From NCBI GenBank assembly GCA_965240325.2, contig OZ251245.1, positions 1,116,001-1,180,000 on the forward strand: a stretch of DNA of 64,000 bases, read 5' to 3'. The stretch is from Rebecca billardiae RCC1528. Its lineage: Eukaryota; Protista; Haptophyta. The translations under genes were made by a program, and so were the position numbers. Under the pieces are notes generated by a model. The model was not told the origin of the DNA. It did no database searches and was given only the letters and a program-made list of their open reading frames with translations. Shown piece after piece: positions 1-12,246 of this stretch; within the stretch, counting starts at the first letter, position 1; every line of letters starts with the position of its first letter.

Positions 1-3000
1 CGCGCCGCGGCGGCGGCGGCGGCGGCGGCGGGCGCGGCCGCGGCCGCCTCTGCCGGCGGCGGCGTGACACACGCCTCAGCTAGCCGGCGGCGCAGCTCGG
101 CAAACTCTGTGCCGGGCGCGTGCGCGAAGGCCTGCGCGCCGCCGGGCGCGCGTGGGTCGAGCGTGGGTCGCGCGGTCGCGCGCGTGAGTGAGCCCGCGGG
201 GTCACGCACGCACGGCGGCCGGCGCGCCTCGAAAGTCCGGAGGCCCTCGGCGCTCGGCGCTCGGCGAGCGCGGCGGCGCGGGCGCGGCGCGCCGTGCTCG
301 CGCGCGCGCTCACCTGCGCGAGCGCTCGCATCGCCGTCTCGGCATCGATGAGGCAGGGCGTGCCCTTGGCGCCGGTCCACTCTGAGACGCGCGGCGCGCG
401 GCCGAGCAGGCCCTGCAGCGCGCCCAGCGTCGCGAACGCCGCGTCCGCCGCCTCCTGTGAGAGCGGCGACCACAGCCCCAGGAGCCGGCCGCACAGATGC
501 GCTTTGGAGTTGTGCCCTCTGCACGCGCCCAGACTGCGCGAGAGGGCGAAGAGCGCCGCGCGCGCGCGGCGGTGCGTGCCGTGCTGCAGCACGAGGTGCT
601 GCTCGGCGAACGCGGCGAAGGGCTGCGGGCGGTGCGGGCGGCGCGGCGGCGCGGCGGGGTGTGTCAGTGGCGCGCCACCACGGCCGAGGCGCGCGGCGCG
701 GCGCAAGCGCGCGGCCGCGGCGCGGCGTGGGCGACGAGCGCGGTGGGGGCGACGAGCGCGGTGGGGTCGAAGGCCATGCGACGGGCGGCGGCGCGCGCGC
801 AGCACCTGCTCGACCGCGGCGAGCTTGGCGCGCGCGCGCGAGGCTGCTTCGATCCCGAGGTCGATGCCCGACGCCGCCGGCGGCGGCGGCGGCTGCTGCT
901 GCTGCGCGCCCCCGCCCCCGGCAGCGGCGTCCGCCGCCGCGCCCTCCGCGCCCGCCGCCTCCGCCTCCGCCTCCGCGCGCGCGTCGAGCCGCGCGGCGTA
1001 CAGCTGCGAGACGAGACGCGCCATCTCGCGCTCGGTGAGCGGCGCGTGCTCGGGCTCGGTGTCGCCCACGGTGGGCGGCAGCCCGACCGTGCCGTCCACG
1101 CGCTCCGCCTCCGCCTCCGCCGCGGCCGCGGCCAGGTCCGTCACGGCGATCGAGCCAACGCCATCGCCACCTCTCAGCAGCACATCGGCGGCGCCGACGA
1201 CCGCCGCGCCGCTCCCGCCGAATGCGGACTGGACGGCCATGTCCTTGCGCGAGGCGAAGCGCTCCTCCCACGGGGCGAGCCGGAGCGCCGCGTCCGCGAG
1301 GCTGTCGTCCAGCTCCGCCGCGCGGCCCGCCGCCTCCGCCGCCGCCTTCTCCGCGGCCGCGCGCGCGGCCGCGTCGACCGCGGCCGAGCGCTGAGCTCGC
1401 TCGGCCGTGGCGGCGGCGGCATCCAGGCTGCTGTCCGCGTCGGCGAGCGTGTCGCCGAGCGCGCGCTCGGTGGCGTGCGCGGCGGCGAGCTCGAGCCGGA
1501 GCGCCTCGGCGCGCGCCGCCTCCGCCGCCACCGCGCCGTGCGCCGCCCGCTCCTTCTCCGCCGCCACCGCCGCCTGCGCCTTGTGCTCCTGCAGCGCGCC
1601 GCGTGAGGCGGCAAGCTCGGCGCGCGCCGCGTCCGCCGCGCGCCTCGCGTCCTCCGCCGCCTCGCGCTCGGCGGACGCGCGCGCCTCGGCCTTCTCGACC
1701 TCGACGGCGGCGCGCGCGTCCGCCTCCGCCTGCGCGTTGAGCATCGCCGCGCGCGCCGCCTCCGCGCGCGCGATCGCCGCGCCCATCTCATCGCGCGCGC
1801 CGGCCGCGTCCGCGGCCGCGCCCGCCGCGCGCGACTCCGCCTCGGCCACCGCCGCGCGCGCCGCCGCCTCCTGCTCGACGAGCACCTTGCGCGCGGCGTC
1901 GTGCTCGGCGGCCTGCTCGGCGGCGGCGCGCTTGGCCTCCTGCAGCGCCGCCTGCGACTCGAGCGCGTCCTGCACCGCGCGCGCCGCGCGCTCCAGCGCC
2001 TTGCCCTCCGCCTCGCGCGCCGCAGACGCCAGGATGGCGGCGCGCGCCTCCGCTGTCTCCTCCGCAGCAGCGAGCGCCTGCTCGGCCATCAGCCGGTGTG
2101 AGTTGGCGTCGGCGGCGGCGGCGTCGGTCGCGGCGCGCGCCTCGACGAGCTGCCGGCTCACGTCCGCGAGCTCCGCGCTCTCCGCCGAGCGCGCGTGCTC
2201 CAGCGCCTCCGCCGTGCGCGCCGCCTGCGCAAAGGCCTCGTCGGCGCGGCCGGCCGCGTCGCGCGCGGACGTGTGCGCTGCTGACACGTCGGCGTCCGCG
2301 TCGGCGAGCGCGCGCGCGGCGGCGTGCGCGGTGGCGCCGAGCTCGGCGCGCGCGGCGCGCGCGTCTGCGCGCTCCGCCGCGCGCGCCGCCTCCATCGCCG
2401 CCACCGCCGCGCCATCCGGCCGCGTCTCGAGCTCGCGAACCTCGGCGGCGAGCGTCGCTGCCTCGGCCGCGCCGCGCCTGCGCTGCTCCTCCGCGCCGCC
2501 CTGGAGGCCGTCCGCGCGCGAGACGGCTGCGGCGAGTGAGTCGGCGGCGGCGGTGCGCTGCGTGTCCGCGGTGTCGCGCTCGTGCTGCAGCGCGAACTCC
2601 GCCGCCTTCAGCCGCGACTCCGCCTCGCCCAGCGCCTTGGACAGCCGCTCGATCTCCGCCTCCGTGCGCGCGCGCTCCGCAGAGCCGCCCTCGCGCAAGT
2701 CCTTTGCCTCCGCCTCCGCCGCATCGAGATCGACGCGGAGGCGGCTGAGCTGCTCGGCGTGGGAGGCGGCGGCGAACTGCGCGGAGCGCTTCGCCGCGGC
2801 GAGGTCCGCGCCGCGCCGCACCAGCGCGGCGGAGAGGGACGAGTCCGCGTGCCCGACGGCGATCGTGAGCGAGCGCGTCTCGGCGGCCGCGCGCGCCGCG
2901 CCGCCCGCGGCCGCCTCGGCCGCCGCCTTTGCCGCCGCGATCGTCCGCACGGCGTCGTCGCGGGCGAGCTCGCTGAGCGCGCCGTCGAGCGCGCGGCACT

Positions 3001-5947
3001 CGGCGAGCGCCGAGTCGCGCTCGCGGATCGCGCGCTCCAGCCGGTACCGCAGCCCGTCGATGATCCGCGCGCCGTGCATCGACACCTCGGAGAGCGCGGC
3101 CGCCTCCGAGTCGCCGTGCTCAAGCGCCGCGCGCAGTGAGGCGAGGTCGACGCGCGCAACGTCCCGCTGCGCGCTCAGCGAGGCGACGGTGGCGGTCTGC
3201 GCCTTGCGGTACGCGCGGTTGTGCGCGAGCATGTCGTGCGCGATGCCGGCGAGCTCGCTCAGCTGCGCGTCCGCGTCGGCGAGCGCGGTGGTCAGCGCGA
3301 CGCGGTCGGCGGCGCCGCCGGTCCGCAGCCGGCGCGCCTCGACGGCCGCCACTTTGGTCGCGGCCGCGAGCGCGCGCTGGGCTGTCTCCTCCATGTGGTG
3401 CAGCTCGGCGGGCATGCGCTCGGCGAGGAGCTCGGCGCGGGCGGAGGTGGCGCGGAGCAGCTGCGTCGACGCGTGCCACCCCGTCTCGTGCCGGCTCAGC
3501 TCCGCGCTCAGCACCGCCACCTCGTCCAGCGCCCTCACCTTCTCGATGCGCGCCGCGTGCGCCTCGTCCGCGAGGCCGCGCTGCCGATCGGCCGCCTCGG
3601 CGCGCGCCTTGGCGAAGCGCTCGTCGGCGAACTGCGCGGCCTCCTTGAGCCGGCGCGCGGACTCGGCCGCCTCCGCCTCCGCCTCCGCCACGCGCCGCGC
3701 CCGCTCCTTGTCCTGCGCGCGCGCCGCCTCGAGGTCCGCCGCCACCTGCGAGCGCACGAGCTGCTCACGGGACACCTCCGCGCGGGCGGCGCGCAGCGAG
3801 TCGGCTGTCTCGCGCGCGGCCGAGCGCGCCGCCTCGGCCTCGGCGCGCGCGGCGTCGGCGTCGGCGCGCGCGGCGGCGGCGTCGGCGCGCGCCGACGCCG
3901 CCTGCGCGCGCGCCTCGCCCACCTCGCCGCCCGTCTGCCCGAGCTGCGCGCGCGCGTCCGCCGCCGCCGCCGCCTCCGCCTCGAACCGACGCACCGCCGC
4001 GGCCGTCTGCGCGCGCAGCCTCTCACGCTCGGCCGCCCACGCGTCGCGCTCGGCGGCGCGCTCCGAGTCGAGCTTGGCGAGCTCGGACTCGGCGAGCCGC
4101 GCCGCGCCGATCAGCTCCGAGCCGTACGACGCGCGCAGCTGCCCCTCCACCACGAACAGGTACGCCTTCCACAGGCGGACGAGCGCCTCGGCGCGCGCCA
4201 CGCCGGGCGTGCCCGCCAGCGCCTCGGCGAGCGTGTTGGCCAGCCCGGCGGAGTGCACGTACAGCGCCTGGTACAGGCGGGGCGCGACGCCGGGCGGCAC
4301 GCCGAGCGCGCGCAGCGCCGCGCGGGAGAGCCCCGCCGACTCGAGACCCGCGCCGCCGCCGCCCGACCCGCCGCCGAGCGCGCCACCCGACGCGATGGCT
4401 GTGCTCGCTCTCGAGCTGCGTGCCGCCGCGGCTGCCTCAAGCCACTCGGCAGCGGCCGCCTCGTCCTCCGCGACGTCGAAGGCGCCGGGCGGCACGGCGG
4501 CGGCGGCGGCGTCGGCGGCGTGCGTGTGCGCCGACGAGCCGTCCGACCACGCGCTCGGCTGCGCAGCGCCGACGTCCACCACAGCGCCGCCCCTGGCCCT
4601 GGGCGCACCGCCAGCGCCGCCGCCGCGCAGCTCAGCGTCGGCGCCGCCGCCGCCGTCGGCGCCGCCGTCGGCGGCGCTGAGCGGCGCGGGCGAGCTCGCG
4701 CTCTCCGCCACCTCGGCGGCGCCGAAGCGCGAGCTCGTGCGCTTCCCCTTCCGCGGCGCGGGCGAGAGCGACGAGAGCGACGACCCATGCGGAGAGGGCG
4801 CCAGCTGCGGGCTGCCAGCATGGCTGCCGCCGCCGCTGCTGCCCTCGCCGCCCGCATCGCCGCCGCCGCCGCCGCCGCCGCCGGCGGAGGGCTCGGCGGG
4901 CGCGCCCGCGTCGGCGTCCAGGCTGATCGCGACGGGCGCGGCGCGCGTGGACTGGCTGCTGCTCGGCTCGCGGCTCGCGCGGCCCGAGCCGCCGCCGCCG
5001 CCGCCCCCCGCGCTGGCCACGCTGCGGTCGCCGCGCGCGCTGCCGCTGCCATCGCCGACGCCTTCGCACACGCCGCCGCCGCCGTCGGCGCCGCCGCCGC
5101 TGCCCAGCGCCGGGCGTGAGCCCCACGCGCCGCTGGGCGCGGGCGGCGCGGGCGCGGCGCCGAGTAGCACCTCCGCCTCCACGCCGTACGCGCCGGGCGG
5201 CGCGGCCCACGTCGCGCGCGCCCCGCCGTACCCACCCGCGCCGCGCACAAAGTTGGCGCGCTTGGGCGGCGTCGAGCTAGGCAGCTGCCGCAGCAGCAGC
5301 TCGTCGAGCCACTGCTCGGGGCCGCCGACGCGCTTGATCGTGCCGCCGCCCGCGAGGCCCATCGGCAGGGAGAGCGAGAGGTCCACGGGGCGCGGCGGGC
5401 CGAAGCTCTCGCCCTCGCCCATCAGCATGGCCGCCATCGCGCCGACGCCGGCGCTCGGCTCACCCGCCGTGGCGCTGCGCGCCGCCGCGACGCCCGCGCC
5501 CGCCGGGTGCGAGCGGCTGCGGCCGAGGGCGCCGGCGGTGCGCGGCGGCCGCTTGGGCGCGGAGAGGTCGCGCCCGATGGGCGGCAGGAGCTTGGGCGCC
5601 GCCACGCCCACGTCGCTCAGCGAGGCGTGCACGCGCGCGGCGGTCGCGTCGGCGCGCGAGCGCGCCGCGGGCTCGTGTGAGTGCGCGGACGCGTCGCGGC
5701 GCAGCAGCAGCGAGGAGGCCGGGACGGTGCGGCGCGTGTGGTCGTCCACCTCGTCCAGCAGCGACGACATCTCGTTCAGCAGCGACGCGCGCACCGAGCG
5801 GCGCGGCTGCTCGGCGGCGCCGCCGCCAACGCCGCCGCCGTGCAGCACGCCGATGGCATCGTCGTCGTCCTCGTCGTCGCCCTGCGCGGCAGCGCCCCAC
5901 TGCAGCGGCTTGTGCGGATCCCACGAGTGGAACTTGGCGGCCGCCAT
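1..5947 (-). CDS. Very large Ala/Glu/Arg-rich coiled-coil protein, 3'-partial (continues past window start)
   Basis: ORF 80..6562; likely start MAAAKFHSWDPHK at 5947. Gly/Ser-rich N-terminus, a conserved-looking block RLYQALYVHSAGL...LVRLWKAYL, then about 1000 aa of heptad-like repeats. Predicted GT-AG introns 623-805 and 132-313; splicing gives ...AVEQ|PFAAFAEQHL... and ...ALAQ|AFAHAPGTEFAELRRRL. Confidence 0.75.
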
Positions 5948-6192
5948 GCTCGCGCACGCCGCGCCACGCACTCGCGCGCCCGCACTCGCGGCCGAGGTGT
6001 GCAGCAGCCACGGCTTGTCGCTCGCTGCCCACTGCCACCCTTGCTTGCTGTCCGAGCTTGCGTCGAAAAACGACCAGCGGCGGCCACGATGGCCGTTTCC
6101 GCTCGCGGGCGCGGGATTCATGAGAGCTGCCGGGCGGACACAGCCCGGGCGCGCGTGTAACGACATCGTGCGCGCGAGATCCGCCTTTCGCC

Positions 6193-8340
6193 ATGGCCTT
6201 CCGCTGGGTGCCCTCGCCCGAGGTGGCGAGCGGCGACCCGCAGGTGCAGATCCTGCAGTCGATGGTGCGCGCGCGCGTGCCCGATGACGCGGTGCGCCTC
6301 GCCGAGCTCGAGGAGCTCGCGCGCGCCAACATGGCCAACTCCTCCGCCGACGAGAGCGCGGCGGAGGGCGTGTCGCCTGAGCTGCTGTTGATCGTCGGGC
6401 GCGAGTACGGCGCGCCTCTCGCGCTGACGGCGGACGTGGCCGCGCACGCCGTGAGCATGCACCGCACGCGCATCGTGATGCCGCACGACACCAGCCAGCG
6501 CACCGAGCCCGGCAGCTCGGAGCTGGGCTCGCTCCTCGCCGCCGCGTTTGCGTCGGCGACACCGCGCACCGTCGAGCGGCGCGCGCGCGACACGCGCGCG
6601 GCGGCGCTGGAGACGCAGCTCGGGAGCACCGTGCAGAGCTCGGCGAGCGCGCCGACGCTCCCAGTGCCGGCGGGGCAAAGCGCTCGCCGCTCGTCCACCC
6701 TCGCGGCCACGCCCGGACACAGGCGACGCTCCCAGCGCGCTTCGGTGAGTCAGCTCGGTGCGGGCGCTGCCGCCGGGGCGGCCGCCGGCTCGAGCCCGAT
6801 GCGCTCGCGCCGCATGACGTCGCGGCGGCTCACCGCGCAGCGCGCTGAGCTGCAGGCCGCGGGCCTCGGCGCCGCGCACGACGAGCCGCCCGCGCAGCCT
6901 GAGCCGCCCGCGCACGCGCCCGCGCCTGACGCGCCGCCGCCGCCGCCGCTGGCCGGGGCATCGCCCACCGCCGGGCTCGCGCGCCGCTCGCCGCCCGTCT
7001 CGGACTATCACCGCCATCTCGCGGACCAGATCGCGCAGGCGAGCGCGCGGATGCGCCGCTCGCGCTCGGAGCTCGCGCACCCCGCGTTCGGCGGGAAGGA
7101 CGGGTACTACCGCCAGATGCTTGTGCAGAGGCTGAGCGGCCGCAGCGGCGGTGCGCTCTCGGCCGGCGCGGGCGCGGACGGCGGCGCGGCGGGCGGCGCG
7201 GTGCAGGCGGCGGCGGCGCACCTCGCGGCGATGCGGCTCAACCCGGTGGAGGGCTGGCTCGACACCGCCGACGTGGCGGCGCAGAAGGAGCGCATCCTGG
7301 GCAAGTCGCAGACGCTGCTCGCGCGCAAGGAGGAGGAGCGCGTCACGGCGGCGATCGCGCGCGCCGCGAGGGGCGCCGCGCCGAGCGGCGCTGGCCCAGG
7401 CCTGCTGAGTGCGGCCGAGGCGGCGGCGGTGGGCGGCGGCGCGGACGGCGGCGCGGACGGTGGCGGCGGCGGCGGCGGCGCTCGGAGTACCAGCATGGGC
7501 AGCGTGCTCCCGGCCGGCGGCGCGGCCGGCGGCGCGCGCGGCGGCGCGGGTGCGCAGCCGCCGCCTGCTGTCACGTCGCCACAGCGGGCGGCCGGCGGCG
7601 GCAGCCGCAACTCGCCTCAGATGCCCTCGCGATTCGGCGGCGGGCGGCGGTCCTCCGCCACGCTGCCGCCGCTCGCGCCGGACACGGTGCCTGCGACGCT
7701 GATGGCCGCGCTGCAGGCGGCCGAGGCCGCCGCCAACGCCTCGCTGCCCGCGCTCGCGCCGGGCGGCGGCGCGGCACCGCTCCTGCCGGGCGCGCGCGGC
7801 GCGCACAAGCCGCCGTCGCGCGAGCGTGCGGGGCTGCACTCGCGCGGCAGCAGCGACGGGCTGGCGCTTGAGCCGGCGCGGCCGAGCACGGGTACCAGCG
7901 CCGGTGGCGGCAGCGGCGCCGCCTCCTCCGTCGTCACGAGGGTGATGCTCGAGAGGGTCACCTCCTCCACCGCGCGACAGCCCAGCAGCGCGCTCCTGCA
8001 GCCGACCGCCGCGGCGGCGGGCGGCGGCGGCGCGCCCGCGCCGCCTGTGGGCAGTGTGGCTGCGGCCCTCGTGGCGTTCGGCGCGGAGCGGGCCGCCGGC
8101 GGCGGGCCCGCGTCGCCGGGCGACGTCGTGGCGCTGCCTGCGCCGCCCCTCGCGCCCCGCGCCGCCATCCCTGTCGCCATCGTGCCGCCGCCGCCCGAAG
8201 GGGAAGACGAGGGCGAGGGCGCTCACGGCTCGCGCTCGCCGCCCGGACACACTGGGCCGCCCGGCGGAGGCGCGCCCGCGTTCATCGGCTCGGTGCCCGC
8301 AGCCCTCGTCGCGGAGGGCGGCTCTGGAGCGGCGGGCTGA
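6193..8340 (+). CDS. Hypothetical low-complexity (Ala/Gly/Pro-rich) protein
   Basis: 715-aa ATG-started ORF in a gccATGG context with GC3-biased codons, divergent from the upstream gene; no recognisable domain. Confidence 0.65.
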   Translation: MAFRWVPSPEVASGDPQVQILQSMVRARVPDDAVRLAELEELARANMANSSADESAAEGVSPELLLIVGREYGAPLALTADVAAHAVSMHRTRIVMPHDTSQRTEPGSSELGSLLAAAFASATPRTVERRARDTRAAALETQLGSTVQSSASAPTLPVPAGQSARRSSTLAATPGHRRRSQRASVSQLGAGAAAGAAAGSSPMRSRRMTSRRLTAQRAELQAAGLGAAHDEPPAQPEPPAHAPAPDAPPPPPLAGASPTAGLARRSPPVSDYHRHLADQIAQASARMRRSRSELAHPAFGGKDGYYRQMLVQRLSGRSGGALSAGAGADGGAAGGAVQAAAAHLAAMRLNPVEGWLDTADVAAQKERILGKSQTLLARKEEERVTAAIARAARGAAPSGAGPGLLSAAEAAAVGGGADGGADGGGGGGGARSTSMGSVLPAGGAAGGARGGAGAQPPPAVTSPQRAAGGGSRNSPQMPSRFGGGRRSSATLPPLAPDTVPATLMAALQAAEAAANASLPALAPGGGAAPLLPGARGAHKPPSRERAGLHSRGSSDGLALEPARPSTGTSAGGGSGAASSVVTRVMLERVTSSTARQPSSALLQPTAAAAGGGGAPAPPVGSVAAALVAFGAERAAGGGPASPGDVVALPAPPLAPRAAIPVAIVPPPPEGEDEGEGAHGSRSPPGHTGPPGGGAPAFIGSVPAALVAEGGSGAAG

Positions 8341-9216
8341 GTGACCCGCTGTGTGCGTAGCGGTCGTTCAGCCCGCGAGCCGTGGCCGCTGATGCCCGGA
8401 TGCCGCGAGCCTTCAATGATGCTCAGCTCCGACGCGGCCCGCGGATCCGCGAGCGACTAGACGACGTTATATACGAGTGCCATGTGATGCGGCTTCGGCC
8501 AGCCGCCGAGCACTCTGTCACTGTGCGCGGCTTGTCGCCCTGCGCTGTATACTCTCTCTCTACGCGACTCCGTACTCCGTCATCGTATAGTCTCTTTGAT
8601 GATCGACGACGAACGTCGTCGATCGTCGTCGTGACTGTGATGTCTGTGGCATCGCTTACTTCGAGTTATTATCGGCTAGTATGCCGCGCTGATGCATGCC
8701 GTGAACGGGCAGCAGGCGTCAGAGACAGAGTCAGCACTGCGCTGTTAGTAGCTATAGCCGACGACGATACAATATGCGCTGACGACTGATTGACTCGCCG
8801 CCGAATGCACTGATGCCATCATCGTCAGATGTCAGATTGATGCCGCCTGCCCGTCGCCAGCGATGCCGCGTTGCGCAGCGGCCGGTGTGGCGCCGGCCCG
8901 CCGCGGGCGCGCGGCCCACGGCGCCACAGCGTTGCCAGCGAGTGCGCCGCCGGGCCGCGACGACGACGGCTTCGCTCGCTCGCGCTAGGCGAGATGTTGC
9001 TGCTGCCGAGTGCCTGATGCGCGCGCGGCCAGTAGCGCCTGGCATTCTGCCGCGTGGGCACGGCGTGTGGCGCTGCGGCGCGCGGCGCTGAGGCGGTACA
9101 CGCCCACCGCGGCGGCGCGCGGTGGCGGCGCTGCAGTGCCAGCTCGTCTCACGCCCCGCCAGCTGTCCACCTGTCATCAGCCTGCTTCAGTCTGGCTGCC
9201 AGTGCCAGTGCCAGTG

Positions 9217-10848
9217 TCAGTCAGCCGCGGCCTGGGTCTCCGCGTGCTGTGCGCGGCTGAGCTCCTCCAGGAGCAGCTGCTTGGCGCGCGTGCGGAAGTC
9301 GAGGGCGAGGCGCGTGCGCGGCGGCAGGGGCTGCGCGCCCGGGCCCGCCGCGCCGAGCCGCTCCAGGTCCGCCTCCACCGTCGTCGAGTACTCGCCCAGC
9401 TCGGCGCGCACCAGCTCCGCATACGAGAGCCGCGCGCCGCCTGCCGCCTCGCCGAGGGCGCGGAGCGCGCCGAGCGCTCGCTCGAGTGCTGCGCCGCAGA
9501 GCTGCCAGGCGCGCACGCGGCCGCGGGCGTCTGCGGCGAGCTCCCGCGCGGCGACGAGCTCGTCCAGCGCCGCGCGCGCCGCGGGCGTGAGCGCGTCCGT
9601 CCACCACGCCTCCCCGACCGCGCCCGCGTCGGCTGCGCCCGCGCCTTCGTCGCCGAAGCCAATGGGCGCGCCGCCGTCCGCGCCGGCGGAGGCGCCGCCG
9701 ACGCCGAACGCGAGCGGGAGGCGCGCGAGCGCGCGGTCGAGCGCGGGCTCGGGCGGCAGCATGAAGCCGAACTGCTGCACCAGCTTGCGCGCCGGCATCG
9801 GCCCGTACGTCACCAGCACCTCCTCGCCCGGCTCGATGGGCCGCGCGGCGAGCACGACAAACGCGCCCCAGGGGGCGAGTGCCTTCACTGTGTTCACGCG
9901 GTCGGGCTGGTGGTGGTTGCACAGGTCGGCGGCTGGGATGAGCATGGAGGAGCGGCCGCTGCCGGGCTCGCCCTCGCCGTACGCGCGCGAGGTGACCGTC
10001 GCGACCGCCCACTGCAGCTGCTCGAGCGAGGGCACGCCCAGCCCCGCCAGCGGGCCGCCCGGCGCGGCCGCGGCCTCCCAGCCGGGCCGCACCGTCGACT
10101 CGTACAGCGCGCGGAGCGAGGCGCGGCGCGCGCGCACCTCGGCGATGAGCTGCGGGCACTCGCACGCGGCGAGCTCGTCGTCGGCCCAGAGCTCCATCGG
10201 CCCGCCCTCCTCCGCGAACTCCTCCGCGGAGGGCAGCATCTCCAGCACCGGGCGCCACTCCTCCGCCTCGGTCGGCGCGGCCGCGCGGAAGAGAAGCAGC
10301 AGCGCGGTTCGCACGCACGCGGGCACGGCGTCGGTGCCGACGGAGTCGGCGTACACGGCGCCGACGGGCGAGGCGTCCGCGTGCGCCTCGTCCAGGATGC
10401 ACTCGTCCCGCGGGATCTTGATGATCTCCTCGCCGCGCGCGAACGCGCGCGCGGCGCGCACGCCGCGCAGGCCGATGCTCGGGTCGACGATCCCGACATC
10501 GACGCCGTCGAGGGCGGCGCCGCGCTCCTCGAGCCAGGCGCGGAGGCGGAGCCAGGCGGCGGACGCGTCGTCCGATCCCACCGCCGCGGCTGGGGGTGGC
10601 GTGGCAGACGCCGCGCCCTTCTTGGCCGGCGCCGGCGCCGCGCCGCCACCAAACCCCTTGGCCGCACCGCCGCCGCCGCGCTTCTTCTTGGCGCCCTTCG
10701 CGGCGAGCATGGTCGGCGTGCACGCGGCGCGTAGCCCCCGCGCTGGGCGCACGGCGTGCGCGTGCGGCCAGAGGGTGGCCGCGCCCGCCGTGCTGACGAG
10801 CACCGCCGCGGCGATGGCCGCGGCCGAGGCGCGGCACCGAGCCACCAT
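9217..10848 (-). CDS. SET-domain lysine methyltransferase, Rubisco-LSMT/SETD3-like, probably plastid-targeted
   Basis: Motifs GLRGVRA, IIKIPRDECI, WAVATVTSRAY, LIPAADLCNHH and IEPGEEVLVTYG...LVQQFGF. Hydrophobic signal-like N-terminus followed by an Arg/Ala/Thr-rich transit-like segment. Confidence 0.85.
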   Translation of the reverse strand: MVARCRASAAAIAAAVLVSTAGAATLWPHAHAVRPARGLRAACTPTMLAAKGAKKKRGGGGAAKGFGGGAAPAPAKKGAASATPPPAAAVGSDDASAAWLRLRAWLEERGAALDGVDVGIVDPSIGLRGVRAARAFARGEEIIKIPRDECILDEAHADASPVGAVYADSVGTDAVPACVRTALLLLFRAAAPTEAEEWRPVLEMLPSAEEFAEEGGPMELWADDELAACECPQLIAEVRARRASLRALYESTVRPGWEAAAAPGGPLAGLGVPSLEQLQWAVATVTSRAYGEGEPGSGRSSMLIPAADLCNHHQPDRVNTVKALAPWGAFVVLAARPIEPGEEVLVTYGPMPARKLVQQFGFMLPPEPALDRALARLPLAFGVGGASAGADGGAPIGFGDEGAGAADAGAVGEAWWTDALTPAARAALDELVAARELAADARGRVRAWQLCGAALERALGALRALGEAAGGARLSYAELVRAELGEYSTTVEADLERLGAAGPGAQPLPPRTRLALDFRTRAKQLLLEELSRAQHAETQAAAD

Positions 10849-10960
10849 CCTGGGCCGGCCGCGTGCGTGGACGGAGATTCGGAGCAGCTCATCGAATTCG
10901 TTTTTCCTCCGCCCGGAATTCGGGCGGAGAATCCCGGCCGCCGCGTCGCCACCGCTAATC

Positions 10961-12032
10961 ATGGCGCTTGACAGCTCGCCCACGCGCTACGCCCTGCCCG
11001 CGGACCACGAGAGGCGGCACCTCAAGTATGCGCGGCGGGTCGTGATCAAGGTGGGCACCCCCGTCGTCACGCACATGGACGGCGGCATCGCCATCGGCCG
11101 CATCAGCGGCATCGTCGAGCAGATCGTGCAGCTGGTGCAGCGCGGCCGGCAGGTCGTGATCGTGACGAGCGGCGCGATCGGCCACGGCCTGCTGCGCATG
11201 CAGGGGCAGACGATGATGGAGACGTCGCTGCGGCAGCACATGGCCGGCATGCACGAGTCCGTCGACCTCAAGGCCGCCGCCGCCGTCGGCCAATCCGGCC
11301 TGATGTCGATGTACGACATGCTCTTCCGCGAGTACAACATGACGTGCGCGCAGATCCTGCTCACGCAGGCGGACTGGACGGACCCGGCGGGGCTCTCGCA
11401 GCTGCGCGACACGACGGCCGAGCTGCTCTCCATCGGCGCGATCCCCATCGTCAACGAGAACGACGCCATCTCGATGCGCACGCTGCCGGTGATCGGCTCG
11501 CGCAATCGGATCCTGTGGGACAACGACGAGGTCGCGAGTCTGCTCGCGTCAGCGCTGCACGCGGACGCGCTGATCGTGCTCACGGACTTTGAGCAGATGT
11601 ACCGGCTCGCGGCGGACGGCGCGCCGCAGCCCATGCCCATCTTCGACCCCACCGCCACCCTCTGCCACCCGGACGGCGCGGACGCGGACGAGTGCGCGGG
11701 CAAGCCGTATGATTCACGCATCGCGCGCGACGGCTACTCGGCGCTGGTCGAGTCCGTGCGGCAGGCGATCGTGCATGTGCGCGCGCGCGGCGCCGGGCGC
11801 GCGCGTGACCTCCGCGCGCGCGCGGCGTGTGGCGTGTGCCGCGCGCCCGACCGCTCCATCTGAGCCGCGCGGCCGTGCACGCGCCTCCGGCTGTGCGGCG
11901 CGCGCGCGCGCGCGTGTGGCGCAGGGCGTGCGCGCGGGCGTGGTGACGAGCGGACTGGCGCCGACCAACGTCGGCCGAGTGCTGAACGGCGAGGAGGTAG
12001 GCACGCTCTTTGTGCGAGAGGAGGGCGTGTGA
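10961..12032 (+). CDS. Glutamate 5-kinase (amino-acid kinase family), P5CS-type kinase domain only
   Basis: Motifs RVVIKVGT, VTSGAIG, AAAVGQSGLM, AQILLT, IPIVNENDAIS, WDND and LIVLTD. Intron 11777-11924 (GTGCGC...GCAG) restores the C-terminus GVRAGVVTSG...VLNGEEVGTLF. Confidence 0.88.
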
Positions 12033-12246
12033 CGGCGGGGCGTTGCGGGGCCGCGCGTCGTCTAGCGCAGCACGGTGGGCGTGGGCGTGGGTCCGGCGCC
12101 TGGCGGGTCGGGGTCCGGATTTCGGCGAATAAACTCGCCGCACGAAGAACGAAATCGTCTGCTCATGAAAAGGCGCTGCGCCGCTGCGAAGTCCGCAGGC
12201 CGGAGCCGCGACCGCGAGAAGGCGGACGTGTGCCGGTTCACGCGAG

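Noticed and set aside
1407-6287. 1626-aa plus-strand ORF and other very long antisense or alternate-frame ORFs (58005..62300, 58127..61666, the 5' part of 9122..11863)
   Set aside because: Shadow ORFs caused by extreme GC and codon bias; they give Ser/Ala/Arg-rich translations with no motifs, opposite or overlapping well-supported genes.
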